NCBI RefSeq assembly: GCF_037042905.1
Contig: NC_087249.1
Coordinates: forward strand, 10,666,001-10,730,000
Source: Lytechinus pictus
Taxonomy: Eukaryota
Reading direction: 5' to 3'
Length of the DNA stretch: 64,000 nt
In this document: in pieces, positions 1 to 10,715 of the stretch
How positions within the stretch are numbered: position 1 is the stretch's first letter
How the letters are laid out: each line of letters begins with the position of its first letter
Translations under genes and position numbers: made by a program
The notes under the pieces: model-generated
Seen by the model: the letters and a program-made list of their open reading frames with translations, nothing else
What the model was told of the DNA's origin: nothing
The model's database searches: none

Positions 1-464
1 TTCGTTTCTCTCTGAATCTCTCCTCCTCTATCTCCATCCGCATCTTTCCTCCTATTTCTCGCTCTAGCTGTCAAACAGATGTAATTAGCGCGTAGCTAGG
101 GGATATTAATAGAGACAGACACGGAGTGCTGCAGGGGTAAACTTGGGTAAAAGAGATGGGCAGGGGAGGAAAAAAAATAGTATGGGCGATTTTAATCAGG
201 CCGCGAGCGGAGCGACCCCAAAACTCATGCCGGGGCCTTCCCGGTGATTAGACGCCTCGCATTCGGTGGAGGCTTGCCTCTGTCTCCGTCCGTCTCTCCC
301 CCTCTCCATCCACAAAAATCGAAAAGTTTATTAACGGGGTTTTTCACGCGAGCTGACTCCGCGGCGATTAAAATTATTGATGTCGACATATACACATGGG
401 ATACCCAGAGGCGCTCTTTCAGTTTTCTTCTTTCTGCTCTTATACTAGTATGCCTTTCTTCTTT

Positions 465-623
465 TCTCTCTCTCTCTCTCTCTGCCCCCCTCTCTCGCAT
501 TAACCCCCCCCACACACACACACACACACACACACACGCATACATAAGCAGAAGCGTAGTATCTCTATCTGAAACTGAAAATGAAATATGCCATATTTTC
601 TCATATATGTTACAAATTAATGC

Positions 624-660
<37 letters not shown>
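465..660. repeat. Compound microsatellite (CT)n, (CA)n, (TA)n/(CA)n
   Basis: Dinucleotide runs directly visible. Confidence 0.95.
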
Positions 661-661
<1 letters not shown>

Positions 662-1124
662 CTGCATAAAACAATCAATAATCTCAAATTCGCCTCAACC
701 CCTATTCATTCAAAATGGTTCTTCGATTTCTGATCGATTTGATTTTATTTATACGTGATAGTTATGCATGTCATAATGATAAGTAATATATATATTTTTT
801 TGCCATTTAAACATAGGTAAGTAACAATGCTTGAAAATAAAAGACAGCCCTATTTAATACATTAAATAGATTATGATATTTATAAGGCAACTAAGTTCCG
901 AAATGAACATTAAAATAATTTCGATGTTTATTACAACGTCAAAGATTTTCTAAGAATTTTCTCAGTAACTCTTGTGTATGTCTTTCTCTTTTTGTTTCTC
1001 TCTCTCTAACACAGAGACACACAACCTATTCACTCGATCCTTCTATACATTTCTTTACTTTATTTATCATTATCAATCTTATAACTATTTATTTTCATAA
1101 TTGTAAATATATTTATTCTTTTTC

Positions 1125-1347
1125 TTCTTATTATTATTATCATTATCATCATCATCATTATTATTATTATCGTTGATATTTTCATTATCACTATTATTAT
1201 CATAATAATAACAATTATAATAGTAATATTATTATTATCATTATTATTATGATTATGAATATTAATAATATTATTATTATTAATATCATTATTATTGTCA
1301 TTATTATTATTATCATTATTATTATTATATTATCATCATCATCATCA
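1125..1347. repeat. Imperfect (ATT/ATC)n microsatellite
   Basis: Directly visible trinucleotide runs. Confidence 0.9.
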
Positions 1348-2160
1348 TTTTTTAATCATTATGATCAGTATCGATTTTCTTTTATCTAACAAGTCTATTT
1401 GGGCTTCTCGGAGCAATCTCATCCCATTATCTGCTGCCCCCCCCCCCCCTCCTCCCGCCCCATCCCCTCTTTTCTCTCTCTCTCTCCCATTTCCTTTCTC
1501 CTTACCATCACCTAACCCCCCCCCCCCCATTTCTCCCCCTTGTATTCTACCACTTCCTCTATTCATTCTCTCCTTCCTCAGTGGATAACCTAGTTTATCA
1601 ACATGCCTCTATCCATGTCTTTTCACTTTTCCTATATTTAATCATACAATGCCCTGTAGTGTTTTTGTGTCCCAAATGAAAAACGATAAAGACTGCATGA
1701 TTTCTACCCTGGATTTTCATCAAGTATGAAATTCATCAACAGGTCGATCTTTTTTCTTTTTTTAATTATCTCAAATTTTCCCTTCCCCCTTCCGTTCATT
1801 TTTTTTTCTATTGATGACCAGACATTCTGATGGTTGGACCGTCGAAGAACATTATTTTTTTGATAGATTTGTATACGAATTATGCATCCATTATGTTTGT
1901 TGTTATGCGTATTTTAACAAACAAAACAAGAAACCGGAGTATTTACATTAAACTATCACTCAAAATTATATTTAAAGCACAAGGAAAAAGATACATCACA
2001 TATGTCTGTATCAAAAAAGAGGGTGTGATTTTTATTATCGATTCGAAACAAAAATTAATAGCTTGCAATTTTTTCAAGAGAGAGCAATAACCGATTATTT
2101 TCATAGATTTTAAATAATGATTTAAACTAAGCTACATGTCTTACTCTTAACCGTTCTTAA

Positions 2161-2409
2161 TAGTGGCGTACAGATGGGGGGGGGGCTGGGATGCTTACCC
2201 CCCAAAAAAAAACACAATTTAAAAAAGGAAGAGGAAAGGAAAGAGAGAAGGGTGAAATAAAATATTGTTTTTTGAACATTATGGCAAAATCTTTACAAAA
2301 TTGTTTTTTTGTAATAAAGACTTTTTACTCGCTCGCAATTTTTTTTAATAAATTTTGCCCGATACGCCATAGTTGGCCCCCTCAAAATGTTTGGCTCATT
2401 ACACCATTG
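2161..2409. mobile_element. hAT-type MITE
   Basis: Degenerate TIRs TAGTGGCGTA / TACACCATTG (consensus-like CAGTGGCGTA). Perfect 8-bp TSD GTTCTTAA at 2153-2160 and 2410-2417. Related copy at 19307-19549. Confidence 0.8.
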
Positions 2410-3151
2410 GTTCTTAATGTGATATTGAAAAGTAATTCGCTCTGGAATGATGATTGACAAAAATACATAAAAACATGCACACTATAATGTGCTTAAAATT
2501 CACCGTTCGTCTTATTTCTATTTGTTTGTGATCAACTGGCATGGTTCATGGAATTCTATACAGTCATTTCGTTTTTAACAATTTCTAAGTTATTGAATGT
2601 TTTACCGCCCGCATGGCCCTCTTTCATTCAATTTGACGGTCAACGCGGTTGAGCGACGCGCTGTCTTGAATAGCGTCGCCGCTGGCGGCCAAATATTATA
2701 ACGTTTTGAGCAGTGTGTATCGGATTACCTTTTGTTCTCGGCTAGTAATTACATCGCCAATTTGAAGAGAAGGGATGAAGGAGACTCGAGACTCTTCGAA
2801 CCCCCTGAATCTTATTGTAATCAAACTTCTGCACGGAATTCAATAGTCATTGAGATGAAAATGTAGGACAGGGATCGGTTTTCATTAATCACTGTTTATT
2901 TGATACGATTTGGCACGGATGTGATCCCGACGAAACGATGATCAAAATCACTACATGAATACAGAAATAAATTTTCAAATGTTATCAAACTGCCTATTTC
3001 TTTAAGGTCCTGTCTAAATTGTTCTGTTCTTATTCATGAAATATGGTTATTTTGATTTCTATATACTGATAACAGAATCGAGAAAATCAAAACACTAGCT
3101 CACGATATGGAAAATGTTATATACCAATAAAAAATTAGTAGAAGTAATATC

Positions 3152-3236
<85 letters not shown>

Positions 3237-3279
3237 TAGAAGTAGTGGTAGAAGTATAGTAGTGATGGTGGTGGTGGTG

Positions 3280-3336
<57 letters not shown>
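3152..3336. repeat. (AGT)n/(GGT)n microsatellite
   Basis: Long perfect AGT runs with a GGT block. Confidence 0.97.
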
Positions 3337-3983
3337 TACCGTCATAGTGAAATGAAACCACAAACACACCCTCATCCATCCCCACACACACACACACAGC
3401 ACGTCCAATGTGTAAATGTAAATAAGATACCGTACAGCCTTTGTGCACATGGTAATATATACCAATACATCGATTATCGAATGGGATCTAATTAGCTTCT
3501 TTTCAACATGGCTCTTCATCCTTTGCCTTTGCACCATCACAAACAAAAATGACCGATGTGGAAGAAAGGAATGAAATGAAAGAATAAAAAGCGGAATACA
3601 AAATCGATTCCAGATTAGAGAGAGCAAGCTGCCACTCAAAGTATTTCGATTGCTACCCTCACAACAAAACGAAAACATATAAAACTATTCCTTTTGCTTT
3701 TCAACACTGTTCGATGCATAAGCGTTTCCTCACAACATGCGCAGCGCGGCGGAAAATTAGTATGGCTTTTGATAAAGAAAATACCTTCTTTTATGTGAGC
3801 TGTTACCTGCGAATGACATGAATAGTGACTTAAACCTCATTTTGGGAGAGAGGTAACAAAAGGGCGGGGCAGAGGATCTAAGGGAACAAAGGAAGTCGGA
3901 TGGGGAAAGGAAGGAAAGGTGTCATAATACGGCCAACCATTAGGGGGCCTATCTTTAAGGTTTCATGACGCAAAACCGGGAAC

Positions 3984-4111
3984 ATACATTTTCTTTTCTT
4001 AGCAGAAGTATCCGATTAGCATAACAATGCTTGCGTGAGGAGTGTCTGAATTCCTAAACGATTCGGAATTCACTGACCGAGTTCGACACAGCACAGTACG
4101 GACGTCTTATT
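3984..4111 (+). repeat. Split direct repeat A1 (128 bp)
   Basis: Identical on read-through to 9523-9650. Confidence 0.97.
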
Positions 4112-4193
4112 TTCAACGCTTCTTCCACGTGTTAAACTCTATAGGCCTTATCGTAATAGATCTACGTTTGGATTCGATGTTAAATATAAAATA

Positions 4194-5168
4194 ATGGCGA
4201 ATCAAGAAATTAACCTCGGGTTATGCCACAAATTAAAGGCAGTTTCAGAAAATTTTACTCAATAATCTGGAGTCTCTTCGCCTTCTTGTAAGCAATGCTA
4301 CAAAGGAAGCATTGGCTCGTTTAAAGATTGGGCTGGCTGTTTGATTATGTTGATTCTCGATACATTGCCCGGGTCAGCGGAGCTTCTACAACTAAAAAAG
4401 GGCGTCGGAGATGTCTTTCGAAAGGTAATAAGGTTCAATATGAATATAATTCTAGAGGCCAGGAGGAGTTGGATAAGAAATTTGCCTTATTAGAGTAAGG
4501 TAAGCAGCGGGCGCAGCCCTTGCTTTGCTGAAGTAAGGTATTGCAGATATAATTAAAAGGAAGAAACATATCAGAAAAGCAGATGAATCTGAAGCAGGTT
4601 AGTGAGATAAAGATGAATGAAAATTCCAAACTAGGTTATTGCTTTTGAAATTTATGAACGGTTGTACATAATAGATATGGCCTTATGTTGTTAATGGAAG
4701 CTGTTCGTTTTTCAGCGGAATTACTTTATGACTTAATTATGGGAGATTAATCAAATAAATATATAGAGATCATTTTTATATTTTAGGTTGGTCCGCATTG
4801 GATGAATACTGATGAGGGAGAAAAGAATGAGGCAAGCTCAGGCTTGTGTAAATAGAAAGCGTAAGTTATTTCGTTCAACAAACAAAGGTTATATTGGGCA
4901 AGAATGTTGGAAATTTTCAAGGTTCTTCTACTACTTCCGACAACTTATTTCGTATACCCTTTGGGTCAAGAAATCGATATTCGCTTGGCAGTGTCGCCAA
5001 CTTATATGTACAAAATAGTTGGCGCGGGTATGCAAGTTGCCTCAGACCACCGACGAACGTTTTGCCTGTGGTAGACATGGGCACTGGAGAAGTTGCCCAG
5101 GTATCAGGAAGCAAGATCCCAGCAAGATTCATCCTTCAGAGATAACAATGCTCAACAGAGTTAAATGA
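4194..5168 (+). pseudogene. gag: PAT-like gag remnant with CCHC-knuckle relic; intron-interrupted
   Basis: Hand translation gives GNKVQYEYN (~4424), GIADIIKRKKHIRKADESEAG (to 4597), WSALDEY (from 4789), EKRMRQAQACVNRKRK, and RFACGRHGHWRSCP (5058-5099). Several stops and frameshifts. The start (ATG 4194) is tentative. Confidence 0.8.
4598..4786 (+). other. Putative spliceosomal intron in retrotransposon gag (189 nt, phase 1)
   Basis: CAG|GTTAGT donor and TTTTTATATTTTAG|GT acceptor. Removal restores ADESEAG-WSALDEY; the unspliced frame hits TAG immediately. Confidence 0.75.
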
Positions 5169-5536
5169 TCCATTGATCATGGTCAAACTGAGCAAGGTAA
5201 ATGTCAGTTTTGTTCTGTATTTGACGAAGTGTGGTATTTGAGAACTGAAGAGTAGAATGATCAGAAGGGCGTAGCAAAGGAATCTATTCTTGATTCTACC
5301 TAGTCCATAATTATATGTTAAGAAAAGATGTGTTATTTTGGTTGAATTCCACCTCTTACTAATGAACCTAGACATAGATATGACACAGATCAAACAATCT
5401 GGAATATATTGACTACTCCTGGTCCGTCAGCGGGCCCTTCTAAATTAAGAAATATAGAAACAGAGCATTGTTGAATTTGTTTCGGTTGGGAAACATCGAG
5501 TAACGTTAGTGTTGATTCGACAAGATGTGCAGGGTA

Positions 5537-7005
5537 GGAGGAAGAATTTTATTTGAGAAATTATGAGTATGATCAATGAAATTCAGAACCTTTGGTTAAA
5601 GGTAGATTGAATGCTTCCTTACAATTTGGAAATCAACTGATGCATCTCAATTTGTTGTAGATGTCAATGAACATGGTTACAAATTACCTTACAATAAGAT
5701 GATAAGTCAGCATTGACATCGATCCCGATTTCGTTTCTGAAGCCATTAACGAATTATTATTAAAAAGGGTTTGGTTGTTGAATCCACCACTACACCCCAT
5801 GATGTTACCCCCTTTCAGATTCAATTCAGAGTTCAGATATAAAAAGAGACTGATTCTTGGTTAACGTTATGTCAACTAACACTTGTGGAAGAACACTATT
5901 ATACTTGAAGACTGGAATGTAGTCATGTCTTATTTAAAACAGGGAGATTTTATGCTTTCCTTTGAACTTAAGCAAGGTTATCATCATTATTACATTTTTC
6001 AAGTGCATGAAAAATTGTAGGCTTTAGTTGGGATTTTGGTAGTGGTACAAGGTTTTTCTCCTTTTAGGTGTTGTCATTGGGTTGGCAACAGCTACCTTTG
6101 TTTTCATTACACGATTTAAGCCTATCGTTAATCATTGGCGTATAGAAATGGTATTTTCATTTTTTTTTGTATATAGATGATTGGGTCGTGCTGCTTCCTT
6201 TGATTCGTATGATACTATGGTCAAGACGGTGAAAAATGACTTACTTGAAGCAGGTTTGATACCAAATGTTGAGAAATATCTCAATGGACTCCTGTCCAGT
6301 GTTTGGATTGGTTAGGAATACCACGGGAAAGCAGAGTAGCTTATATAAAGATTACTGAAAGAAGGATGAAGGATCTTGAGTTATGTTCAGATTCATTTCA
6401 AGCAGAATTGCCTGAGGTTTCAGAACGAAAGATCGTAGTTATAGTTGGAAAGATACATTGTATCCAGTGTTTGGCACAGTTACTCAAATTAAAAACCAGA
6501 TTTATGCATCACGAAATCATCCGGAGGGTACATTGGGATAGGACATAATGTGATCAATAGTGATGAATTAATATTCGTGTTCTTCTTCTGGAGAAGAATT
6601 TGCATATTCTTAACGTAAACATTATTTCTGCTTATTCAGTTCCACAGACTTTCATCTATTCTGATGCAAGTCCATCAGGCTGCGGGGCCTGGGTTTCTGA
6701 GTGCGCAGGCATGAAATGGGATGAGATTGGTTTGAGTTTGAAATGGTTAAAAACTCCACTTGGAGAGAACTCAAGTCAGTAAGTATGACACTGCAAACAG
6801 TTGTATCTCACATGAGACATAAAACTGTCAAGGTCCTCTGTGATAATAAAGGAGTAGGATCGATTGTAAATAAAGGAAGTATGATTGCAGAATTGCATGA
6901 GATGAGTTTACACATCTTTGAGTTGTGTAAAAGAAACAACATTAGTCTTCACGTTCATTGGGCTCCCAGAGAGGAGAACCGTTTTGCAGATGCATTAAGT
7001 CGCAT
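5537..7005 (+). pseudogene. pol: Reverse transcriptase-RNase H (DIRS/PAT type), disrupted
   Basis: Fragments VKGRL...HGYKLP (~5595-5690), KKRLIL, FMLSFELKQGYHH, YIDD (6170-6181), RNase H FIYSDAS (6651-6671), STWREL, LCDN, WAPREENRFADALSR. Many frameshifts and stops. Confidence 0.92.
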
Positions 7006-7412
7006 GATAGATTTTGATGATTGGGGTGTGTCAGATGAATTTGTCGGATTTTTGGACAAAATCTGGGGCCCTCACACTGTGGACAGACTTGCGGACGATT
7101 TTAATTTCAAAATTAAGAAGTTCAATTCTAAATATTGGTGTACCCTAATAGATCATGTTGATCCCTTCTCATGTGATTGGTCGGGCGAGAATAATTGGTT
7201 GGTTCCACCTATCGAATGTATAGCATGTATAGGGCAAGTACTTAAGCATCTGAAGGTTTTGTTCTGCTAGGGGGACTTTGGTTGTTCCCTTCTGGCCGTC
7301 TGCACCCTTCTGGCCGATTCTTTTCTCTGAACAAAGTGATTTTCGTTCCTTATTCTCTGAATACTTCAAAATTGATAATCCTCAAGGAATTTTCGTTCAA
7401 GGCAGAAATAAT

Positions 7413-7418
<6 letters not shown>
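7006..7418 (+). pseudogene. Phage-type DNA N6-adenine methyltransferase-like domain of DIRS-order elements
   Basis: DFDDW...WGPHTVDRLA...FNSKYW...VDPFSCDWSGENNWLVPP. After a frameshift: GTLVVPFWPSAPFWPIL...FVQGRN, ending in TAA at an A32 run. Confidence 0.8.
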
Positions 7419-7449
<31 letters not shown>

Positions 7450-8164
7450 GGTTTGTGAGAGATGGCTGACATGAATGCTGGTATGTAATAAATCCATTTG
7501 ATGGAGGTTAATTCAAAATTATACTGTTGGAATGCAACATGTAATTTTTACACGGCCGCATGGCAGATAGCTGCATAGCTAGGATCCACTTATGCTGCAG
7601 AGCAAAGAAGTGGTGATGGAAATTGGAGAATGTTATGATTATGTAAAAGGATAACCATCGTAAAGGTTGATAAGGAATTGATATGAGATTTCATTCTCAA
7701 ATTAGTTATAATTTACTGGCGGCGGAGCTCAGAATGAAGAAATTGGTGATGATTGAAAACATTCAAAGTCTCAAAATTACAGAATTCTTGTGAATGAAAT
7801 GTTTCAGAAAGTTTTTTGCAAGTGTTTTAAGGCAAAAATAAATAATTTCGCAAAGGAAATGAATCCCAAAGCTATTGTTTTGCTAAGCCTTCAAGACGAT
7901 TGAAACGAATTATGATATGGAATTGTGATCTAATGAATTTCATACTGAAATTTTAGTGAAAATATAAAACCACCTGGTTTGAGGATAGCTGCATAGTTAA
8001 TGTTTAATTTTGCTGTCATGGCTGTAAAACGTATTAGAAGTGATTAAATTTTGAGAATTTGATAAGAATGACTGAACTTGAGAATTTATCACAATTTGAA
8101 TATATTGTGTTGAGATAAATATATACCAGCTTATAAGTTTTGTTTAATTTTTCTTAAATCCAGA

Positions 8165-9132
8165 AATTCTCTTCATGAAGGATATGATATAACTTTGAAC
8201 AAGGTCTTGACAGCTTCGAGAGCTGATAACACTATGAGTAAATACAACAGAGCGTTGAATACCTGGAGAGATTAGTGTAAGCAAAATAAAGTAAATTCTG
8301 ACACAGCAGAACCAGAAGATATTAGTCGCTATCTTATTCATTTGTATCAAAGAGAAGCTCCTTATTCGAGGATAGAATCGGCTTTTTACGCCATTAAGTG
8401 GCATTTTGACTGCAAGCCAAGGATGAATGTTAATCCCTGTGATCGCAAGTTCATACATATTGTTTTACAATGTTTAAAGAAATTACTAAACAAACCGATC
8501 GTTAAGAAAGAAGTTATAACCCCAGACATTTTGAAAGCAGTTGTTGAGAAGTATGGATCTTCAACGAGTCTATTAGATATTCGATTATGTGCTATGATTT
8601 TGATTTCCTACGCAGGCATTCTACGATTTGATGAAATGATACATATTCGTAAATGTGATTTAGACTTGTATTTGTCTCATGTGAATACTTTCATCATGAA
8701 AAGTAAAACCGATATTTACAGGCAAGGAGCATGGGTTCTTATAGGTGCTACAAATTCCCCACCTGTCCCGTATTAGCTTTGAGGAAATATTTGATTGCAG
8801 CGGGGCTTAACGATGCCTCTGATGAAGTATTTCTTTTTAGGCCTCTAAATTACTGTAAATCCAGTAATAGTTACAAGTTAAGACGTGGACAGTTGTCTTA
8901 TACTAGATGTTTAGAATTATTGAGAGAGGCGTTGGCGAAAGTAGGGTTGAATCCAAAGAGTTTTGGCATGCATAGCCTCCGAAGTGGCGGAGCCACAGCA
9001 GCAGCGAACTTTGGTGTTCCAGACAGGTTGTTTAAGAAACATGGTAGGTGGATGTCGGAGACTGCTAAGGATGGATATATTAAAGACAATATGAAGGATT
9101 GTCTTTCAATTTTTATGAATTTGGGGCTTTAG
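8165..9132 (+). pseudogene. Tyrosine recombinase of the retrotransposon
   Basis: ASRADNTMSKY..W N-terminus and catalytic motifs GILRFDE, KSKTD, HSLRSGGAT, HGRW, DGY. One in-frame TAG (~8274) and one frameshift (~8758) join the ORFs 8342-8776 and 8731-9132. Confidence 0.93.
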
Positions 9133-9353
9133 AATTATTTTTATACCGGGTAAACTAGCCTCAGCCTAGTATGATTATACGTATAACTTTGTTAAAGATG
9201 GATTGTAGGCGTTCGATGAGATTGTTGAATGAGACATGTATTATTATCATTATACATTTAAAGTTGGTTAAATTGAAATGATTGCGTCGTGTAACTCATT
9301 TTCTTGTTTACCCGTTCTTTGATTGACTGAGAGGGGGAGCTATAAGTTTAGCT

Positions 9354-9522
9354 TGTCTTGCCGTCGAAGCTTGGTGCTCCCCTCGAAACAGGTATGTTTT
9401 TTGGAAAGTATATAAATGTTTTCTATTTCAGGTGTTGATGTTGTTGCACTGGTTGTGCTTAAGGATAGTGAGGCGTGACTGAAAATAATTTATTCACGAT
9501 TGAGAGTCGAATTAGGGAATAA
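9354..9522 (+). repeat. Split direct repeat B1 (169 bp)
   Basis: Identical on read-through to 9813-9981; directly abuts A2. Confidence 0.97.
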
Positions 9523-9650
9523 ATACATTTTCTTTTCTTAGCAGAAGTATCCGATTAGCATAACAATGCTTGCGTGAGGAGTGTCTGAATTCCTAAACGA
9601 TTCGGAATTCACTGACCGAGTTCGACACAGCACAGTACGGACGTCTTATT
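9523..9650 (+). repeat. Split direct repeat A2 (128 bp)
   Basis: Copy of 3984-4111. Confidence 0.97.
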
Positions 9651-9812
9651 CGGGATGGATATGTGGACGATTGACTGGATGCAAGAAGATAGAGCAAAGA
9701 GAATTCTGATGGATGAATAGGCCTTACAGCATGTACAGTACATTGATGAGTTCTTCGAGATCTGAACTCAGAGGGAGGCCTCAGTACATTCGTCAGTAAG
9801 TACCGTTCGTGC

Positions 9813-9981
9813 TGTCTTGCCGTCGAAGCTTGGTGCTCCCCTCGAAACAGGTATGTTTTTTGGAAAGTATATAAATGTTTTCTATTTCAGGTGTTGATGT
9901 TGTTGCACTGGTTGTGCTTAAGGATAGTGAGGCGTGACTGAAAATAATTTATTCACGATTGAGAGTCGAATTAGGGAATAA
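9813..9981 (+). repeat. Split direct repeat B2 (169 bp)
   Basis: Copy of 9354-9522; forms the right end of the element. Confidence 0.97.
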
Positions 9982-10277
9982 CTTAATCATCTCTCTCTTT
10001 TTTGCGCAAACGTTGTTTCGTTGCTGCATTTAAAGTATCATCAAATACTTATCCAAATCGAGAAGAATCAAACTACTGAATGGACGAAAGTTGGAATTAA
10101 TTTGAAGTCAGGTGATTATAATAACCCCTCTCCGGGTTTAGGGAACAAGACAAAATCGAGATTCGATCATTCAAGTTATGCATGGACTATATATTTTTAT
10201 ATGAAATTAAGATGCATGGATTAAAATTATGATTGGAACAAGAAATGATAGGTAAACGTCAAGATTGTTCGACTGAA

Positions 10278-10715
10278 AGGGGAAGTTCACCCTGACAAAA
10301 GTGTATTCTAAAGATTTTTTTTAAATGCCGAATGTTTGAGAAAAATCCATCAAAGAATCAAAAGTATTAAGAATTTTAATTATTTGATTTGTGACGTCAT
10401 ATGCGAGCAGCTTTCCTACATAGCGAATGGTAAAAAGTCAATGGAACGACATTTTCTTAGAAAATTATGAACGCAAATGATTTCACACCTGTTCCTAAAA
10501 AGAAAACCAAAATAAGTCACCACTGACCATTAGAAAATGAAATTCATGCACTTTGTATTATATAAAAAAATGGGGCCAGCTGCTCGTCACAAATCCAAAA
10601 CTTAGAATTTTAATAACTTATTTAATCTTTAATGGATTTTCCTCAAACCTTCAGCAGTATTATTTATTATTCTTCTGCTATTTTTACAAACTTTTCTTCA
10701 GGGTGAACTTCCCCC
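10278..10715. mobile_element. Kolobok/T2-type MITE, copy 1
   Basis: TIRs AGGGGAAGTTCACCCTGA / TCAGGGTGAACTTCCCCC, flanks TGAA and TTAA, long degenerate internal inverted arms. Confidence 0.8.

Larger units (their letters stand above)
3981..9982 (+). mobile_element. Full-length tyrosine-recombinase retrotransposon (DIRS order, PAT-like, split direct repeats), coding regions decayed
   Basis: Repeat layout A1-ORFs-B1-A2-spacer-B2. Domain order gag, RT, RNase H, MT-like, YR. No conventional TSD, but AAC at both ends. Split direct repeats plus an MT-like domain favour PAT-like over Ngaro (inference). Confidence 0.93.

Noticed and set aside
225..3678. ORFs with poly-Y/H/L/V/T and alternating dipeptide runs
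   Set aside because: Translations of microsatellites; no coding signal.
3984..9650. Reading A1/A2 as ordinary LTRs
   Set aside because: No TG...CA ends, PBS, PPT or DDE integrase; the B repeats and tyrosine recombinase define a split-direct-repeat element.
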